From the NCBI GenBank assembly GCA_002633005.1, contig NMRA01000150.1, positions 1,976 to 65,975 of the forward strand: DNA of 64,000 bases, in the 5' to 3' direction. Shown here in pieces: positions 12,568 to 25,231 of this stretch. Each line of letters starts with the position of its first letter. Positions within the stretch are counted from its first letter, which is position 1. The translations under genes and the position numbers were made by a program. Origin of the DNA: Phoronis australis. Its lineage: Eukaryota; Animalia; Phoronida. The notes beneath the pieces were generated by a model. It made no database searches and was not told the DNA's origin. It saw only the letters and a list, made by a program, of their open reading frames with translations.

Positions 12568-13108
12568 ATGAACAGACCCCACACTCCTGCTACGGACCTT
12601 GGCCTGCCAAACTTTGTGGGCTACGTACGGTGTGTCCAAATACCAGTAAATCAAGCAGCCGCGAAATATGCCGGAAACAACCCCACGATCTACTACTAGA
12701 ATCGATGTTTACAGCGGAAGAGGTGTATACGTCAGTATTTTATGGGTTTAGAACTTATGGTCAGATGTTTGTGTCTCGTTTATATGTTAGGTGCTCTGGC
12801 ATGGGCGCCGGGCTCAGTGGCATGAAACAGTCCCTAAATCTAATGCGTAGGCCTACTTGTGGACTTGTGAAAACACTGATTGTGCTTTCTAATGCTGTTT
12901 TAGTTTCGTTGACTAAATTAACTCTGGCTTGTATACAAAGGGAGGGCGAATTCTACGTGGAATTCCCACTATCATTGAAAATACGTAGGGATTTTTTCAT
13001 GCAACGCCCCTAACTTGGGCTAAGTCCTTGTTGAATGAAGGGCTCACATTAAAATTATTTCATTAGTCAAAAAGGAACTCATACTGCAGATGCTATGACA
13101 AACAAGCT

Positions 13109-13330
13109 CATGCGCGCACCCAGCCTTCATTATGGGGAAGCTCGAATTCCTGACGTTGCGGAACTTTTGGTAACAAAATAGCCCGGCGGCGGGCAAAAAA
13201 AAAATCGGCGCACCACTGTGAATTGCGCGTTTGTCTCATTTTCTTAGACTTTTTCTTTCTCCCAGGCGCACCTTTTTGCCCACTTCGCCAAATGGGGGGG
13301 GTCATTAGAGCCCCGGCCCCAAAATTGCGC
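13109..13330. mobile_element. MITE, CATGCGCGCACC family, right end degenerate
   Basis: Left TIR and body match 4264-4516. Confidence 0.65.
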
Positions 13331-13352
13331 CAAAGAGTTTTCAAAAAGCTGT

Positions 13353-13434
13353 TGGCAACGGTGGGATTCGAACCCACGCCTCCTAGGAGACTGGTGCCTA
13401 AAACCAGCGCCTTAGACCACTCGGCCACGTTACC
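13353..13434 (-). tRNA. tRNA-Leu(TAG): tRNA-Leu, anticodon TAG
   Basis: GGTAACGTGGCCGAGTGGTCTAAGGCGCTGGTTTTAGGCACCAGTCTCCTAGGAGGCGTGGGTTCGAATCCCACCGTTGCCA; 82 nt, long variable arm, A and B boxes, T5 terminator about 6 nt downstream. Confidence 0.95.
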
Positions 13435-13944
13435 ATGTCGTAAGATTCTACAATTGTTTTTATATTTATTAAAGTATTAATTTCTTTCGTCAACTCGTGT
13501 TGGTGTAACTCTGATTTACGCAATTTTTGTTGTAATTCAAAGTCGAAGCTATCCGTTTGTAATATAAAGAAGAACATATTCACAGCAGTTTTCTTCGTCA
13601 CCTCAAACTCAGTTTACGGAAGTCTGTACCCAGTTTGTTGATAAGTCACATGACTCTGTTGTTGGCGACTACATCCGGGTCACCTCACTGAATCGGATTC
13701 CGCTGTTGATTATCGACCACCATTTTTAATCATAAGGTGGAGATTCAATCTTAGTCATATTCGACGAAAATGCGTTCCTGTCCGTGAATTGAAATAGGGT
13801 CCTGAACTTTGTTGGATCTTCTGTGGCAACAGGAATTTCGGCAATGACGTGAATAACGTTTCGAAACTTATCTTGAATTCCAACTGGCGACTGACTGGTC
13901 AAGAACATGGACTTAGCTGCTGCGAAGATATCTCAATTCTCAGA

Positions 13945-14059
13945 ATGTACGGAATGATGGTTATTTACGTAGAGACCTTAACTGGAACAGCTTTTGAGCT
14001 GCATGTTTCCTCGTTGGAAACAATCTTCCAGATAAAGGCGAAGATTCAAAGAATTGAAG
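13945..14059 (+). CDS. ZFAND4: AN1-type zinc finger protein 4, exon 1 (alternative in-frame ATGs at 13954 and 13957)
   Basis: MVIYVETLTGTAFELHVSSLETIFQIKAKIQRIEG, start of the ubiquitin-like domain; donor gtacga, phase 1. Confidence 0.9.
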
Positions 14060-14314
14060 GTACGATACTGGAACGGAATTAAATAGATTAGTGCAATTCC
14101 GTGAAAAGTTAAACCTGTGGCTACACTAACATTTCTGGTCTCATCTGAAAGCCCATTCTCTCTAGTTTCAAGACCCATATTTGACTGTACTATAACTTTC
14201 TATTTTTGCCTAAATGGACCCATTTTTGAGGGTCACCTGACCCTAAAAATTTGCTCGATTTTCATGTGTATTGCTAATTATGGCACTAGTCGGATATAAT
14301 GGACACTAACTTAT

Positions 14315-14979
14315 TCCAAGTAAATTCACTAAATGTGGGTGTACATAAATGATTTTAGTATTGTTGCATTCCTCGGACATCTGGCTATCCGTACATATCC
14401 ACCTCACGACACTCAATTACTCCGTTCTATAACTACGCTATTCCGAGCTCGGTCCACTTTAGCCACGCGCCTTGTGAATTAGGCAGCCATTTCAGGGAGC
14501 TTACTATACCTAGCGCCATCTATCGGCAATCTGCTACAACACGCGTTCCTTTTTCATCAGTCAACGTCAGTGGTCAATTTCGTCAATTATTAACGTCATC
14601 GTACGTGTCTCATGAACGACGATAACATGACGATGACCGATGAAATGGCAAGAGAGGATGATGAGAGCAGACATAACGATGATTGTTAATGATGACGTTA
14701 ATAATTGACAAAATCGACCAATGACGTTGACTGATGAAAAAGGAACAGCGCGTGTTGTAGCAGATCGCCAATAGATGGCACTAGGTATAGTGAGTTCCCT
14801 GAAATGGCTGCTGATTTCACAGTGTGCGTGGCTAAAGTGCACCGAGTTCGGAATAGCGTAGTTATAGAACGGAGTAATTGAGGGTCGTGAGGTGTATATG
14901 TACGGATAGCCAGATGTCTGAGGAATGCAACGATATCAAAATCATTCATTTAGACCCACACTTAGTGCATTTATTTGGA
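14315..14979. mobile_element. Foldback MITE with ~285-bp inverted arms, in intron 1
   Basis: gacatctggctatccgtacata and its reverse complement; arms 14315-14600 and 14692-14979. Confidence 0.85.
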
Positions 14980-15002
14980 GGGGGAATTATTTAATTACTT
15001 GT

Positions 15003-16324
15003 GATTGGTGTTTTTAGAGCCAAAATGACCCACTGATAGTGAACACTTCCGCACCCTATCACCCACCGAATCTCCCGAAAAATAACTGTTAGACTGTCAC
15101 GCATACAGTCAACCGGCAACTCAGTGACATCGGCCTTACCGAGACAATTCTCGAACATTTTTTAGCAGATCAGATCAACAAGTGCTAAATAAAACACGTT
15201 CTGCTTTACTGCTTGTTTTAAATTCCTTTATTTACAATGCTCACCTAGATTGTTCGTGTTTACTCTGGCAAATGAACTCTGATGCCACGCACGCACTCGC
15301 TCACTTACACGATGCCCAGACGAACTACATAACAAACATCACATGACAACAACATGTGTGTTCGTTCAAAGATTTTTCTTGTGTTGCCGAGTACGATCTA
15401 GCGCAGATTTGGACTTAATATGCTGTTAACCACGACTCTTAGGGACGTTATTTTGAAAACTTAAGGAGGACTTCTGGTAATTTGTTGAGTAGACACTATA
15501 TTTTTACTCAAGAATTCAAGTTGAACTATTGGCGATCGCGAGGCAGCAATGCATCAGTCGGCGAGTTTTGGCTTTGGTATTTTCTGAAAAATACTCGTAA
15601 TTTAACAACAAAATTTGATAGCAGTGCATTGCAATTTGTAGAAACTCATAGGTTACAGATGTGTCACTGAGCATAAATTTGATGAGTTTTAGATTACGAT
15701 TTCACCTGTTTCGGAGACCGGGTTTCAACCACTTTTGGGCTATATTAACAGGGCTTGGAATTTTCCGCGGAAACGCGGATTTCCGCTTTTTTCAAATGTG
15801 CTTTCCGCTTATTTTATAATATTTCCGCGTAAAAAAATCGGATTTGATATAAAATTTCCGCGGCAAATTCCTTTCTTACCGCGGCGTTGCAGATGACGTT
15901 CTCCTCGAAAAGCGGAAGTTGCTCTTTATGTTTCGGAGGAACGTAAATTGTCAACATTGCCGGGGCATCTGGGACAGCGTGGTGGGATTTTCAATGGCGT
16001 CTCGTGTTATTGTTAAGCGCGGCGACAAATACTACCGCTCTGCAGCCAAAAATGTGTGGGTTGGGAGTGGACGGGCGAGCTAAAATGACGCAGACGCGTG
16101 CTACTGATGGTGGTAACGTTTTTTTTGTTAGTCCTTCCGATTTTTGTCGGGAAAAGGTTCACATTGACCAATTCAAGGCTGGTTATCGGGCATGATTTGG
16201 GCCGTAAAAGTTTCAAAGTTTCCGCGTTTTTTGTCATTGGTCATTCCAAGCCCTGTATTAAGCACCCCCGCTTCCTGAAGCGAATTTTTCTAAGTGCCCT
16301 GGGCGCTTATTAGGGTGAATACGG
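15003..16324. mobile_element. Tc1/mariner (Tigger/pogo-like) non-autonomous element, one terminus visible
   Basis: Ends ...aatacgg|TA; reverse complement of 20761-21580; interrupted by 15749-16255. Confidence 0.7.
15749..16255. mobile_element. hAT-like MITE with 6-bp TSD
   Basis: TIR cagggcttggaat / attccaagccctg; TSD tattaa; near-identical copy at 27250-27756. Confidence 0.9.
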
Positions 16325-16747
16325 TATATGAATATTTTGTGTCTTGAATTTTTCAAGAGCTAACTATTTCTTTACAAACATGGGGAGCTCTTGAGAGCTC
16401 ACATGTATAGATCTGTGCCAATTAGTCACAGACAAGAGACAAAATACATGTAAAATGACTACTGCATTGTTATACCACTTCTTATTTGACAAATCACACA
16501 CTTAAACAAGTTATCCTTTCGGAGTCAGGTAGCACTTGAACATTATCAACAAGCTGACAGAGGTGCTTAATTTTGCCTGTTACCACACATATATACGTTT
16601 TAATGTTAAAGGTGAATGACTGTCTCACAGTGTTAGAAGTAAAACCACAGTAGTCTGGCTTTCTGGCAACAATTTATTGTATTGTACTGCAAATTATATG
16701 AGCTGGTGAGTTGTTGGGGTTCTCAGTTGCGTTTCCTTATGTTACAG

Positions 16748-16891
16748 GTGTACCTGTTTCACAGCAGCACCTCATTTGGCAGTCCATGGAACTAGAAGAT
16801 GACTATCGTCTACATGACTATGGGATTCACAGCGGTGCCACGTTGAAACTTGTGCTAGCAATGAGAGGAGGTCCCATCAACACCAGGCGAA
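16748..16891 (+). CDS. ZFAND4: ZFAND4 exon 2, rest of the ubiquitin-like domain
   Basis: VPVSQQHLIWQSMELEDDYRLHDYGIHSGATLKLVLAMRGGPINTRR; cag / gtgagt; phase 1-1. Confidence 0.95.
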
Positions 16892-18461
16892 GTGAGTCAC
16901 TTGAAGGAGTATTTCTGTTGCACTTTGTAAATTCGCAAAGTTAAATATGAATCCATATTTTTTGTTTTTCTTAAATTTTCTTTTAGCATTGATGAAAAAT
17001 AATAACACAGTACAAAGACAGAAATCCCCAATGACACGTCACATACACAGGCACACATTTCACTGAAAACTCAATCTCACAAACCAAAAACATGAAATGT
17101 ACTCTTCTCATCTGCATTCTTTTTCAAGAGGAAAAAACAGACCGTCTTTGGAGAAATATGTCTCCTAATCCATTTTTACAACGCGAAGTTGAGCATTAAC
17201 GTTAGCATCAGCCTTCGGAGTTATAGTTCAGTTGGTGGTACTGTTTTTGACAGTGCTTACCATCAAAAATGGCAAGGACCTTTCACCAGATGTCAACTTC
17301 ACATGGCAGCCAAGGGTTGCCACATTGGGGTGATGACAATGTACAGAAAATGCCATATCAAAAAAATTTGCCTCTTGAGTATGCTAACAGTTGGTACAAA
17401 CAAAGGCGGTATGGCATGAAGGGAACTCGTTTTGCCTACTCTATAGATTCAGTGTTTTTTAATGTAAAGAAAGCAGCAAATACATGGATAAATTGAAACA
17501 GAATGCTTATACCGTCAGAAGTCCTAAAGTCGTGAGTGCCCTAAAGTCGTGAACGATGTCATTTCCTCTTCTGCGCAGTCCCGCGACATCTGGCGTTGAA
17601 GTTTTCAACGTTTGTCTGCTTTTAAACGTCAAACGAATACCCGGACGTGTTGGTATTCACAATATGATAACAAACAGTGAGTGAATGGCTTCTTTTTTCA
17701 ACTGTATCTTAAAAAATAGCATGTTTCACTAATTCACTTTTTTGTGCATTTTTGGGATATATTTTCGATAATATTTATCGTTCAGGTTTACTGAAACGCG
17801 CTCCAGGGGTAGCTTGAACAATGTATCAAAATGTCCCAGGATCAATCAAGGCCAAAGCAATAAAATACAGAGAGATAATTGATGCTGGGTTCTTACCGTT
17901 TTACGTGAACAACCTCATTGAAAACGTCTGTGCACATCACAGTTGTGTGCAAAACATAGCAATTTATTTCAATGAACGTTGTAGGCTGCTTCGGTATGTT
18001 CAAGTACCTATAAATTCGTAACAGCGAAGTAAACAAGATGTTTGTCCAAGAACTCGATGTGTTTGTAAGGGTTTTATATCGAATTTTGACGATCTATTGG
18101 AGTAAAACGATGTTTATTGGGTGGCATTCTCCTTTAACCCTACCGGTACCTCCACCTCTTTACTTCAGAACCAGTGGGAAAGGCCTTTTAGAAAATACTT
18201 GTTATGCATTACTCTCTAGTATATTGTCTGTTAAGAGATGCTTATGTAATACTTTACGACTTCACCTGGAATTTTTTGATATCCAAAATTGAATCGTGTA
18301 AATGTATTCTTTATGTTTTTTTGTAGTATGGCATGGTATTTTTTATCCAAAATGTGGAAAATGGGCATGGCCCTAACTTTATTTTGAAGTCATTTAAGCT
18401 TTCTTTAGCCATGTCTCCCAGGTGCTGTTAGAACTGTCATCCATTACTGATCATTTTATTC

Positions 18462-18864
18462 AAGGTACCGTACCTAAACTACACGGTTAACGGACTCATA
18501 AACATGGCCCACGGAGGCATGAACACGACTCACGGATCTGCAAACACTGTCCACTGACTCACAAACACGGGAACGGACTCACAAAACACGATCCATTCAC
18601 CCAAATACACGGGACATGGACTCATATTCACGAGAAAACACGGTTTACGGACCGCCAAACATGGTTCACGGACTCATCGTCTTCCTGGGTCAGTTGACAT
18701 CTACAGTTTGTCTGTAAACCGTGTTTGGCGGTCCGTTAACCATGTTTTGTGAGTCCGTTCCCGTGTTAGTGAGTCCGTGGACGGTTTTTGCAGGTCCGTG
18801 AGTCGTGTTCATACGTCCGTGGGCCGTGTTTATGAGTCCATTAACAATTTAGTTTAGGTACCTT
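18462..18864. mobile_element. Palindromic MITE with internal ~21-bp subrepeats, in intron 2
   Basis: gtacctaaacta...acggactca repeats mirrored as tgagtccgt...tagtttaggtac. Confidence 0.8.
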
Positions 18865-20229
18865 GTTTTAACCATTTAGTTTAGAACTTTAGGTACCTTG
18901 TTATTGCGAATGTGAGGTTTTCCCACGGGTCCGGTGTTTGTGTTATGTCTACCCCACCTGCAGTTAAGATTCTTGACAAGCTGCATTTCATTTTCCTGGC
19001 CTCATGGTCATATCTTACAAACACCTTTTGTATGGCTTATGTATTGAGTACAGCCCAGTCTCATTCAAGCCAAAGAGCCTATCATTGTGTGTCTGTTATT
19101 TCTATTTATTCTCATAAATTATGAAAACAAACTTGACACAGCCCCACAACAGTGACATGATTGGCCGAGCTTGTCACATGTTTTTGAATTCTGTGGATGG
19201 TTTCTTGAGAGGAAGAGGTTGAATTTTTCCTTTCAAGGAGTTCCTGTCTGTATAAGTTGCAATGCCAAGACATCTTGAGGACCAATTGAATTCTTAATTT
19301 GCCAAGTTGTTAACCATAAGGCTTAATCCAGTGGTCAGACTTGTCTTCATGGATAAAAGCGTTCATATTTTGATGTCTGCACATTAGGTTAATGTTTTAA
19401 AGTGAAGTACACAACAGAATGATGAGGTCACAATAATTCACTGAAATTTACTGTACATTTGTCCTTATTGTTTTTTTTTTTGTTGGTAACCAAATGTCTT
19501 ATGTTTTAGTAAATTCACAAACTTCGAAATGTGTATTTTCCTGTTTGATGATTTTGCAGACAAGAAAGTTTTCTGCTAAACTTGTGTTCTTTCAACTAAT
19601 GTGATGACCTGATACTGACATAACTTTTTGTTGTTTGTGTAATTTTTATATTGTTTTTACAAATCTACAATTTTAGTTTTCAAATTAAGCCATATATTTC
19701 TGTGACATGATCAAGTGTGAGGTGTAATTCCTGGACAATGCTAATCATTTGGGATAAATTATGTGATTCTCATAACGTAAAATTTCCGTGAGGAATTGAC
19801 AGGGACCTCAGGGGTCTCAAACTCCACTGGTTTATCCACATTATTTTGAAAACGCTTTGCCCAGTCACACATTGTGTGTCATGAAAGTGATAAGCATACC
19901 AGCAGTTGACGCAGCAAGTAGAACTACTCTCGTTTATCGCATTGGTGTAGACTCACAGTTGAACTGTGGTTTTCTGTAAACCCCAGACCGTCTCGAGTTA
20001 CACCATATACCAACTCCGGAAGGTCTCTCATGACGATTAAGCTTTATGTGGTTAGATGATCCTATGGGACAGGTTTAGGACACACAATAGCATTAGCACA
20101 TGTTGTGTGTTAGGGATGGTAAAGATTAACCCATGTAACACCTCAGAATTGTCATTATAATGTATTATTATGAATGAGTTACGGACACTTCGTTATCTAT
20201 TCAGTTAACACCTTGATTTCTATGTACAG

Positions 20230-20428
20230 TTCCTATGGAAGACCCCACACTACGTGAGATAACTGACTATATGGAGGCCAATGGTGCAACTGAAATCTGG
20301 GAGAAGCTGCCACATACCGGCAATCGTCAGGTCACCCTGCTTGTCTTTCGTGACGGTGACCAGCTCAACTTCTTCAGAGTTGTTGATCGCGGCGATGGTA
20401 CCCTCACGCCGGTGTCGGACTCCATGAG
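20230..20428 (+). CDS. ZFAND4: ZFAND4 exon 3
   Basis: IPMEDPTLREITDYM...RQVTLLVFRDGDQLNFFRVVDRGDGTLTPVSDS, conserved ZFAND4 block; cag / gtgagg; phase 1-2. Confidence 0.95.
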
Positions 20429-20760
20429 GTGAGGCTGAAAGTTAATCACATTGTTGATAATACTGTTGTTAGTAATGATGATGATCCAATGACGATGACG
20501 ACAACGACGAGGGTGGCAGCATTTATAGTACTTTCCACAAAGCTCATTGAGGTTTCTTGCCTGTTAGTCAACTCGCTACTGTGACCTGTACGTGAATAAA
20601 TTTTTTAAAATTTGTTTTTTCATAAAGAGTCCAAAAATTGTTACATAGGAATGTAGACAGTTTTGTAATATGAGGAGGATGCCTGGCCAAGATGCTAAAT
20701 GCCTTACTTTCAGTTCAAATGTACTATAGTCATTATGAATTTTTCTATCATTTTTTACTA

Positions 20761-21580
20761 CCGTATTTGCCCTATTAAGCGCCCAAGGCGCTTAGAAAAA
20801 TTTGCGTCAGGAAGGGGGCGCTTATTATAGCCCATAAGTGGTTGAAACCTGGTCTCCGAAACAGATGAAATCGTAAGCTAGAATTCATCAAATTTAAGCT
20901 GTGACGCATATGTAACCTATAACAGAGTTTCTACAAAATTGCGGTGCATTGCTATCAAACTTTGTTGTTAAATTACGAGCATTTTTCAGAAAATCCCACT
21001 GCCAAAAAATTTCCGACTGATGCGTCGCTGACTCGCGATCGCCGATAGGTCAACTTGAATTTTTTAGTAAAAATATAGTTTCCACTCAACAAATTACCAA
21101 AGTCCTTAAGTTTTCAAAATAGCGTCCCCAAGATTTTTAAGTTCCTGAGGAGTCGGGGTTAACAGCATATCAAGTCCAAATCTGCGCTAGATCGTACTCG
21201 GCAACACAAGAAAAATCTCTGGATGAACACACATGTTGTTGTCATGTGATGTTTAATTTGAAGTTTGTCTGTGTGTTGTGTGAGTGAGTGAGTGAGCACG
21301 TGGGTGTCATCCAGTGGGAGTTCATTTGCCATGGTAAACGCGATGTAACGATCTAGGTGTTTGTAAGTAAGGAAATTAACACAAGCAGTAAAGCAGAATG
21401 TGCTCTATTCAGCATTTTGTTGATCTCATCCGCTAATTGTCTCGGTAAGGCTGATGTCATTGAGTCGCCGGGTGACTGGATGCGTGAAAGTCTAACAGTT
21501 ATTTTTCGGGAGATTTGCTGGGTGTAAGGGTGCGGAAGTGTTCACTATTGTGGGTCATTTTGCCTTTAAAAACACCAATT
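20761..21580. mobile_element. Tc1/mariner-like element, inverted relative to 15003-16324
   Basis: Starts TA|ccgtattt; ~800 bp reverse-complement similarity to the intron-1 copy. Confidence 0.7.
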
Positions 21581-21841
21581 ATGTCTCAATTTAATAGTTC
21601 CCACAATCGCATTGTAGTGCATAAAGATAAGGGTCAACAAACACTACAAACTGACTGCAGAAAACTCTCCTAGACTGGATGAAAAATAGAGGTTGACAAC
21701 CTATGTGAACTTGCTGCTAAATTTTAGCATACCACCAAGAAGTAGGACATGGTTGTATGAAAAACCACCACCATGAAAATAATATGTCAAAGTTTTTTTT
21801 TTCTGAACAAATTCAACAATCAAGTGTTTGGTGTGTTTCAG

Positions 21842-21983
21842 TGCCGCCTCCATGTATAACCTTTACGACGAGGAAGAGGAGGAAGACTCCAGTACTAAAG
21901 ACAGGGTTGAAGAGAATGACCTGATGAAGGAAAAAATGGTGTCACTCCGTAGTAAAATGGAGAATATGAAACTATCATCAAAG
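21842..21983 (+). CDS. ZFAND4: ZFAND4 exon 4
   Basis: SAASMYNLYDEEEEEDSS...ENDLMKEKMVSLRSKMENMKLSSK; cag / gtaagt; phase 2-0. Confidence 0.92.
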
Positions 21984-23049
21984 GTAAGTATTTGGCAGTG
22001 ACACATCTTCGGTAAGCCTGCCAATCATTGACATAAATGTTATTTCAGATTAAGAGGCTTGTATTATGGGTTTTCGCAAGACATGGGGTTTTGCTTGCTG
22101 AATTATGTTAGCAGATGAACTACCTTTCACCCCTTTTATTGTCTATTGTCCGTCGGCCATTCTTTTCTATGTCATGGACTGATCTCTTCATCTTGGACTT
22201 TTATACTCTGCATCAATACATGGCCTTCCTATTGGCCGTATTCTTACCACATGATTTTGTTTGCATTCAGATCAGGCCTCGTTTATTCCATGTCAGCTGA
22301 TATAACATTCTCCCATTTCTTCTGCAGCAGTATCTCTAAAACTCCTTGATGCATGTTTGCGAAATTTTGCAGACATGTTCCCTTCATGGTAGGTATGGCA
22401 CTAGCGAATTTTTGAAATGATTCAACTATTTTGCTGGGCTTCCTAGTGAAAATTTCATTTGTTATGTTGGCCTCCTTATGTAGTGAGGTGCTTGACTGAT
22501 TTTCATGAAATTTTGGAAAAAAGCTTTCTATTAAGAAGACAATGACACTTTCCCAAGTGTCAATGGAGAATACGGCTGACATTGATTGGACAAATCTGAC
22601 TGCTGTCATGTCCTCTAGTGGCAATTAAGGTTTTGTATGGTTATGTCTGTATATCTACCAAGTTCTTCAGTGGATGTATACAACATTTGCAAATAAGTTA
22701 CTATCAAGGGTATTGCAGCACCAGGGCTGCTTGAAGGCCTGTACAGCACCAGGGCTGCATGAAGGCCTGTGCAGCATCTGCCTTGTTTCACAAGGATTTG
22801 ATTCATACTATGCCTCTTAGTGACCATACATACTATTGTTAAGTCTGTTTTTGTCATTCAGACCCCTAGAGGCAATTTTAGTTTTTGATGTCTGCCTCAA
22901 TGTCTTTGATGTATCTTATGAATTTTAACTGCTTGATTGGTTTTCATGGAATTCAGCTGAGACATATTTTCATTAATGAGACTATTCCTCTGCCAATTGT
23001 TCGATGACTTCCTGTGGGCCTTTTAGAAACACTTTTAAGTTTTTTAGTA

Positions 23050-23500
23050 TTACTCACTCTGGTGGGAATTTTTATGCGCCCACATATTTGTATGTGTTGC
23101 AGATGTGTCTCTATGGGGTTGACGACAGAGGGTGATGAGTTTTGGACAGACTCGAATACCACTGTGCCCTCTCGTGGCAGTTTTAGTTTTTATGTTTGCC
23201 TCTTTATCTTCAAAGGTCGATTTTCATGAAATTTGGCACACAGTCATTTAGTAATGATATGATGCTATCCTCCGGTTTGCAGGCGGATTTTAGACATTTT
23301 GGGCCATCTAATGGCCATTTTTGCTATTTTCAAGTCTTGTTCCGCCCCTCTATCAACCAAACCACTCTAAGGATGATTGTGAAAATTAACGTGTATGTTC
23401 TTACTATGGATTCCCAAGTTCTTTTCTTTATCCGTATTTTAGCATGTTTTGATTTGAATCATTGCCCGTTTATTCGTAATTTCACCAATATATGTGAGTC
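23050..23500. mobile_element. Helentron-associated (HINE/DINE-like) repeat
   Basis: Same ttatgcgcccacatattt start and core unit (gattttcatgaaattt) as 24632-25004. Confidence 0.5.
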
Positions 23501-23591
23501 ACAGTATTAAATAAAAAGTTAGCATGAGCAGTGGAAAACATTTTGACCACGTGACATTTCATGTTGAGGTAGGTTCTGTTGCAAATTGCAG

Positions 23592-24401
23592 CCCAAGAAG
23601 AAGCCACGACCACCTTCCTGTGGAAAGCCAAGCAGTAGCCGTGCACGTTTGAGGCGGTTAGCAAGTGCTGGCAAGAATCGTCACAGTGCTGAATCTGCAT
23701 CAACATTGCTGAACAAGAACTCTCTGTTACCTCAGATCCCCACCGACAGTATTGATGACTCCAGTGATAGTGGGGGGAAAATAGCTCAAACTGATGCTAG
23801 TACACTTCCACTCTCTGCATCACGCAACAGAAGACTGGATAGTAGTGCCAAACATACGGGATGCCTCCCTAGTGTGAAGGAAGACACTGATTTACTGCAA
23901 CCCCAAAATTTGAAAGGCTTGGGGCAGCCGAGAACTGAGCTTACTGATGGCGAGAGGCCAATGTCAGTTAGTCATGCAAAAGAATTGATAAATGATGGTG
24001 GTGCTCGTCCGTATACCTCTTCACGTAAGGACAGAATAACTCTGGACACATTGAAGGAGTCGTTGACTGTAAGCCTGAAACCTCCTGTTAAGTCAAAGTC
24101 CAAGTATAGAGAACGTAAAAAAGAGGTGTCATTTGATGTTGCTCGACCGGCGACATCGTCTAGAAAGGAAGTGCTGGATAGTCTTCGTGAGTCATTGGGT
24201 AGACCGATGACCTCATCGAAGTATGCCCTTGAAAGCCTATCATCGAGTGAAGCACGTGCCATGTCAGGATTATTACGTCAGGCATCACTTGAGAGATTAG
24301 GATCATCCCGCATAGAACACTTTGTTAGCAGTCCTCCAAAAGGTCGGATTACCCACTACCAAGAGTCTGGACGTATCCCCACGCCCGAAGGGAGACTTGT
24401 G
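23592..24401 (+). CDS. ZFAND4: ZFAND4 exon 5, low-complexity central region
   Basis: 810-nt open frame PKKKPRPPS...PTPEGRLV; cag / gttagt; phase 0-0. Confidence 0.88.
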
Positions 24402-24631
24402 GTTAGTAGCTTATATGTTCTGTGACGTGACATCTGTGTAGTTGTTGATAAAGCAATGTTATGCAAAAGGTGCAGTCCACCTCATTATTTTTCACAAGAG
24501 GGCATCGTCATTTGTGGTTACAGAAGTTAGTTTGTGTTGAAAGGAACAAATTGAGACTGATGATAGTGGAGTTAATGGCTTAGTTCAAAAGTTAAGTTTT
24601 GTTTTCTGGAAGCACAACTGATGAATAATTA

Positions 24632-25004
24632 TTATGCGCCCACATATTTATATGTGGACGCATTATGCCGTCATCTCTGTCCGTCCGTCCGGGCGGCGTC
24701 CGTCCGGCGTCTGGCGTCCGGCGTCCGCTGCTCTATCTCCAAAACCCTTTGACATACGTTCATGAAATTTAGCACATATATTCCATTCATGAATGGGACG
24801 GCATGTGCGAACTTTCGGACGGATCCGACTACCGGTGTGCCCCCTAGTGGCAATTTTAGTTTTTTACGCTTACCTTTGTATCTTCAAAAGTCCTGAACGG
24901 ATTTTCATGAAATTTGATATGTAGGCACCTAGTAGTGAGATGACGCTATCCTGCCGTTTTCAGATGGATTCGACATAGTTTGCGCCACCTAGTGGCCATT
25001 TTTA
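24632..25004. mobile_element. Helentron-associated (HINE/DINE-like) repeat abutting the gap
   Basis: Terminal hairpin atgcgcccacata...tatgtggacgcat, (GTCC)n microsatellite, then core repeats. Confidence 0.6.
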
Positions 25005-25231
25005 NNNNNNNNNNNNNNNNNNNNNNNNNNNNNNNNNNNNNNNNNNNNNNNNNNNNNNNNNNNNNNNNNNNNNNNNNNNNNNNNNNNNNNNNNNNNNNNN
25101 NNNNNNNNNNNNNNNNNNNNNNNNNNNNNNNNNNNNNNNNNNNNNNNNNNNNNNNNNNNNNNNNNNNNNNNNNNNNNNNNNNNNNNNNNNNNNNNNNNNN
25201 NNNNNNNNNNNNNNNNNNNNNNNNNNNNNNN
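25005..25231. other. Assembly gap (227 N)
   Basis: Run of n. Confidence 1.

Noticed and set aside
13108-13480. ORFs of 106 and 85 aa
   Set aside because: Translations of the tRNA gene and a MITE
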